From Meiothermus sp. (lineage in GTDB: Bacteria; Deinococcota; Deinococci; Deinococcales; Thermaceae): 64,000 nucleotides of DNA. The DNA lies in NCBI RefSeq assembly GCF_026004055.1, contig NZ_BPIJ01000003.1:218406-282405 (forward strand), in the 5' to 3' direction. Numbering within the stretch: the first letter of the stretch is position 1; each line of letters opens with the position of its first letter. The notes under the pieces were generated by a model. That model saw only the letters and a program-made list of their open reading frames with translations, had not been told where the DNA came from and ran no database searches. A program made the translations under genes and the position numbers. This document shows, piece after piece, positions 60,600 through 64,000 of the stretch.

Positions 60600-61066
60600 C
60601 GCGGCTGGGCCAGCACCACCGCCCAGGCGTTTCCCGCCCTCGAGAGCCCCGCTCCAAACTCGGTGTAGTAGGGGTTCATGATGGCCCGGCAATGAGGAGG
60701 CGAACGCAGCCACCAGCGCACTGCCCTGGCGGGGTCGCTGTTTCGGCCCTTGAAGATGATCTCCGACATGCGCAAGTAGCTATAGCCCGCCCGGGCTACC
60801 CGCACCCGGGGCCCCACACCTTGGAAAAAGTGCGACATGAAGCCGTAGCGCCCCATATTGAGGGCATGGCCCTTGGCGGCCTGGGCCAGGGTAACATCGT
60901 AGCGTAAGGGGGGCAGGCGAACCCCACCCCCTCCCCCACGACAAGCCACGCCTCTGGCCCGGGCCTCGTTGATGAGGGAAAGAACCTGCGATTCCAGTTG
61001 AGCGGTAGACTGGGCCGTTGCAACAGAAAAGCCCAAAACCACCAGCATCCACCAAACCCGCTTCAT
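60596..61066 (-). CDS. Secreted CAP/SCP-domain protein
   Basis: Signal peptide, LINEARA, AA..HA..M....MSH and WLRSPPHCRAIMNP.YTEFGAG. Confidence 0.88.
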   Translation of the reverse strand: MKRVWWMLVVLGFSVATAQSTAQLESQVLSLINEARARGVACRGGGGGVRLPPLRYDVTLAQAAKGHALNMGRYGFMSHFFQGVGPRVRVARAGYSYLRMSEIIFKGRNSDPARAVRWWLRSPPHCRAIMNPYYTEFGAGLSRAGNAWAVVLAQPR

Positions 61067-61147
61067 AGGAATACCAAAGAAGCTACCACACACTTGCCCG
61101 TCCAGAACCTTAACGTAACGGCCAGGCCAAACCGTACGAACAACTTA

Positions 61148-61221
61148 TCGCGGTTCCCACATTTACGCTACACGCCATAGCTTCCAAAGGATGCTGTGTG
61201 GGGTATTCGTGGAAACCGCTC
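61148..61221. repeat. Repeat family B variant abutting the DUF212 stop
   Basis: TCGCGGTTCCCACA...TATTCGTGGAAACCGCTC followed by TA of the downstream gene's TAG. Confidence 0.7.
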
Positions 61222-61670
61222 TACAACAGTGCAAAACTGAGCAGCCCAAAGAGGATGCCCAATGTAGCCCCCACGGCCACCTCGAGGTAGGTATGGCCCA
61301 GCAGCTCTTTCAAGGGCTCGGGTCGGGGGCCGTGCTCGAAGACGGCCCGGAACTCCTCGAACAAATCATTCAGGCGCTCGGCGTGCAGGCCTGCCGCCCG
61401 GCGAATGCCGGTGGCGTCGTACATCACGATGATGGCCAGCACCACTGCAATGGCAAAAAAGGCGCTCCCCAGCCCCTCGGTGATGCCCACCCCGGTTGCC
61501 AACGCCGCTACCGTGGCCGAGTGGGAGGAAGGCATACCGCCGGTCTCGGCCAGGCGTTCCCACTCCCAGCGACCTTCAACCAGGTAATAGATAAAAAGTT
61601 TCAAAACCTGGGCCAATACGCTGGCCAGAATGGCTGTCCAGAGCACCTGGTTGGAGAGCAAATCACCCAT
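61221..61670 (-). CDS. Divergent PAP2-family (DUF212) protein
   Basis: AQVLK, GGMPSSHSA, YDATGIRRAAG and LKELLGHT..EV..G motifs. Confidence 0.9.
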   Translation of the reverse strand: MGDLLSNQVLWTAILASVLAQVLKLFIYYLVEGRWEWERLAETGGMPSSHSATVAALATGVGITEGLGSAFFAIAVVLAIIVMYDATGIRRAAGLHAERLNDLFEEFRAVFEHGPRPEPLKELLGHTYLEVAVGATLGILFGLLSFALL

Positions 61671-61694
61671 GGCCACGTTTACACTACATAGATT

Positions 61695-62579
61695 CTAATG
61701 GCTAGTAGGGGTTGCGGGGGCAGCCTCCCCATTCCCCCGCCTGCGCATCGCAGCCACGACGGTGTTGCGCAATAGCATGGCCACCGTCATGGGGCCCACA
61801 CCCCCCGGCACCGGCGTCAGGGCCGAGGCCACTTCTGCAACCTCAGGCGCCACATCCCCCACCAGGATGTCGCGGCCTTTTTCGTTCTGGCCCACCCGGT
61901 TGATGCCCACATCCACCACCACCGCCCCGGGGCGCACCATATCAGACGTGATCAGCCCCGGTCTACCCACCGCAGCCACCAGTACATCCGCCCGGCGGCA
62001 GACGGCGGGTAAGTCTTGGGTACGGGAGTGGGCCAGGGTCACGGTGGCGTTTTCGCGCAGCATTAGGGCCGCCAGTGGCTTGCCCACCAGGTTGCTGCGG
62101 CCCACAATCACCACTTCCTTGCCCGCTAGGGGAATCTGGTAGTGTTTCAGTATCCGCATGACCCCGGCAGGGGTGCAGGACTCCAGCGCCTCCAGTCCCA
62201 TCCACAAACGCCCGGTGTTGGTAGGAGTCAGGCCATCTACGTCCTTCTGGGGATCCAGGGTTTCCAGCACCGCATTGAAGTCCACTTGCCGGGGCACCGG
62301 CGACTGTACCAGAATGCCGTCTACCTGGGGGTCGGCGTTGAGCCGGGCGATATGGGCCAGCAGTTCGTCCTGAGAGGTGCTTTCAGGAAACACGTCTACC
62401 TGGCTGGATAAACCCAGTTTTTTGGCTTGCCGGTCTTTGAGGCGCACGTACGCAACCGAGGCCGGGTCTTCCCCCAGCCGCACCACCCGCAGGTGGGGCA
62501 CGTAGGACAACTTTGACAACTGAACTTGCAATTCCTGATAGACCGCCTCGGCAACGGGAGGGCCGGATAGTTCAAGCAT
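61695..62579 (-). CDS. folD: Methylenetetrahydrofolate dehydrogenase/cyclohydrolase
   Basis: DPASVAYV, KDVDG, CTPAGV, GRSNLVGKP and TPVPGGVGPMT motifs. Confidence 0.96.
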   Translation of the reverse strand: MLELSGPPVAEAVYQELQVQLSKLSYVPHLRVVRLGEDPASVAYVRLKDRQAKKLGLSSQVDVFPESTSQDELLAHIARLNADPQVDGILVQSPVPRQVDFNAVLETLDPQKDVDGLTPTNTGRLWMGLEALESCTPAGVMRILKHYQIPLAGKEVVIVGRSNLVGKPLAALMLRENATVTLAHSRTQDLPAVCRRADVLVAAVGRPGLITSDMVRPGAVVVDVGINRVGQNEKGRDILVGDVAPEVAEVASALTPVPGGVGPMTVAMLLRNTVVAAMRRRGNGEAAPATPTSH

Positions 62580-62615
62580 GGTTAACCTCGAGTGAAAAAG
62601 CTTGGCCCACCCTGC

Positions 62616-63074
62616 TCAGTCGCTCTTGGCAACGGCCGATAGCTCCCCAGCTTCGATACGTCTGAGCAGGCGGGCCAGCACCCCATTCACAAAGCGGCCC
62701 GAGTCTTCGCCGCCGTAGCGCTTGGCAATTTTGACCGCCACTTCGATTAAAGGAGCATACGGGGTGGGCTCAAAAAGCATCTCGTAGGCGGCCAGCCGTA
62801 AAACGGCCAGGTCGGTTTTGGCCATCTGGCTAAAACTCCAGCCTTCGATGGTCTGGGCCAGGATTTGGTCGATGGTGTCCTGCCGGGCCTGATAGCCTTG
62901 CACCAGATGGTGGGCAAACAAGAGCCCCTCCGCATCGAGCGCATCGGCATCCTGGTCGGATTCATCGGGCTCGACCTCCTGGGTAGCGTGCCGCCAAGCA
63001 TCCTCGAGCGAGACCCCCCCCACCGCGTGCTCAAAGAGCACCTTGAAGGCCAGTTCGCGGGCCTTACGCCGCAT
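62616..63074 (-). CDS. nusB: Transcription antitermination factor NusB
   Basis: RRKARELAF..LF, LRLAAYEM and FVNGVL motifs. Confidence 0.94.
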   Translation of the reverse strand: MRRKARELAFKVLFEHAVGGVSLEDAWRHATQEVEPDESDQDADALDAEGLLFAHHLVQGYQARQDTIDQILAQTIEGWSFSQMAKTDLAVLRLAAYEMLFEPTPYAPLIEVAVKIAKRYGGEDSGRFVNGVLARLLRRIEAGELSAVAKSD

Positions 63075-63163
63075 AAGCGCTCCATGAAAGGAACTGGGGA
63101 TTGACGGCAAAGAGCGGAGAGTATACAAAGGAAGCCTGTCTCCAGTTCCCTTTGCCCTCACCC

Positions 63164-63499
63164 CTAAGCTGCACTGGGCTCTTTATACTCCACCCCCACC
63201 ACCGTTACGTTGACGGCTTTTACCTTTAGACCCGTAGAGGCCGTAAGCGCTTCCGCTACCGTTTTCTGGGCTTCTTTGGCAATCTCCAAGACGGGCCTGC
63301 CGTAGTCCACACTCACGTTCAGGTCTACGGTTAGACTCTCCCCTTCGCGCTCGAGGCGCACCGGACGCGAGCGCCGCCCCGAGAGCACATCGCCCACGCT
63401 ACGGGTTCCCGGCTGAGCCAGCCGGAGGCCCTTTTGCCCCTCCAGGGCCAGCACCACCAGGCTAACCAAAGCCGACTCGGAAAGATCGTAGTCCACCAT
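63164..63499 (-). CDS. Asp23/Gls24-family protein
   Basis: VDLNVSVDYG......A...QK.V..AL...TGL.V..VNV.V; conserved position before nusB-folD. Confidence 0.88.
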   Translation of the reverse strand: MVDYDLSESALVSLVVLALEGQKGLRLAQPGTRSVGDVLSGRRSRPVRLEREGESLTVDLNVSVDYGRPVLEIAKEAQKTVAEALTASTGLKVKAVNVTVVGVEYKEPSAA

Positions 63500-63586
63500 G
63501 CCCGTAGTTTACCTGCTAAGCCACCCTAGGGTAAGCAGGCTGAGGGTCTGGCTCCAGAGCAGACCCTATCGCCTGTGGGCTTTACA

Positions 63587-63682
63587 GCGCTCTTCACAGA
63601 CGTGGCCGCCGGGATGGGCGGCCACTGTTCTGTCCAGGACAAAAGATTCTTACCTGATGGCTCGATATTTGTGAAGAGCGTT
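63587..63682. mobile_element. MITE family C, short form
   Basis: GCGCTCTTCACA...TGTGAAGAGCG; the end abuts the TAG of the next ORF. Confidence 0.75.
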
Positions 63683-64000
63683 CTATCTGGCCTTGCCGAA
63701 GGCATACACCAGCTCATCACCCTTGCGTACCACAAACAAAATAGCCGCCTTGCCTTGGCTGTCCTTTAGGTCGTAGCGGGTGCGAATTTCGCCCCCGACC
63801 TGGGTTTCCTGCTGATTCTCCACAAAATAACCCGCCACTGCAAAGCTGGTCAGAATCTGTTGCACAAAACCGGCTTGCAAGCGAGCCGCCAGACCTTTAG
63901 CAGCATAGACCTCGAGGTTGAAGCGGCTGGCGTCGGGAATCCGGGCCACAATGGCCTCGCTGCCCCGCCCGGCTCGGAAGGAGCCCGAGGGAAAGCGCAC
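63683..64000 (-). CDS. Partial hypothetical protein (C-terminus; start outside window)
   Basis: Open frame to the window edge ending LVYAFGKAR*; no family recognised. Confidence 0.6.
   Translation of the reverse strand: MRFPSGSFRAGRGSEAIVARIPDASRFNLEVYAAKGLAARLQAGFVQQILTSFAVAGYFVENQQETQVGGEIRTRYDLKDSQGKAAILFVVRKGDELVYAFGKAR

Overview
Core-chromosome window from a Deinococcota bacterium. Gene content, codon style and repeat families point to Meiothermus (Thermaceae); this is an inference. Housekeeping and metabolic genes: mreB, mobA, pstSCAB, pth, rplY, a three-gene succinate dehydrogenase, speD, iclR/aceB, minDE, methylmalonyl-CoA mutase, two peptide ABC systems, rsmA, hisCBH, secG, lnt, queG, nqo15, uvrC, malK, folD, nusB, tRNA-Ala(CGC) and tRNA-Leu(CAA). 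No CRISPR array, prophage or integrase was seen. Main points of interest: (1) an IS630-type element sits inside the signal-peptide codons of oppA, and its terminal repeat supplies an in-frame replacement N-terminus; (2) at least four families of miniature inverted-repeat elements, several abutting stop codons, one sharing ends and a 3-bp TNA target duplication with the IS630 element; (3) an actinobacterial Sdh1-type (type F) succinate dehydrogenase; (4) a Thermus-like, GC-rich xylRAB block with a ROK-type operator over its promoter; (5) a structured leader with a uORF before speD, 11-bp TGACA repeats before pstS, and many apparently leaderless genes. Start codons were refined by eye from SD or -10 signals. 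Product names rest on motif recognition, not database searches.
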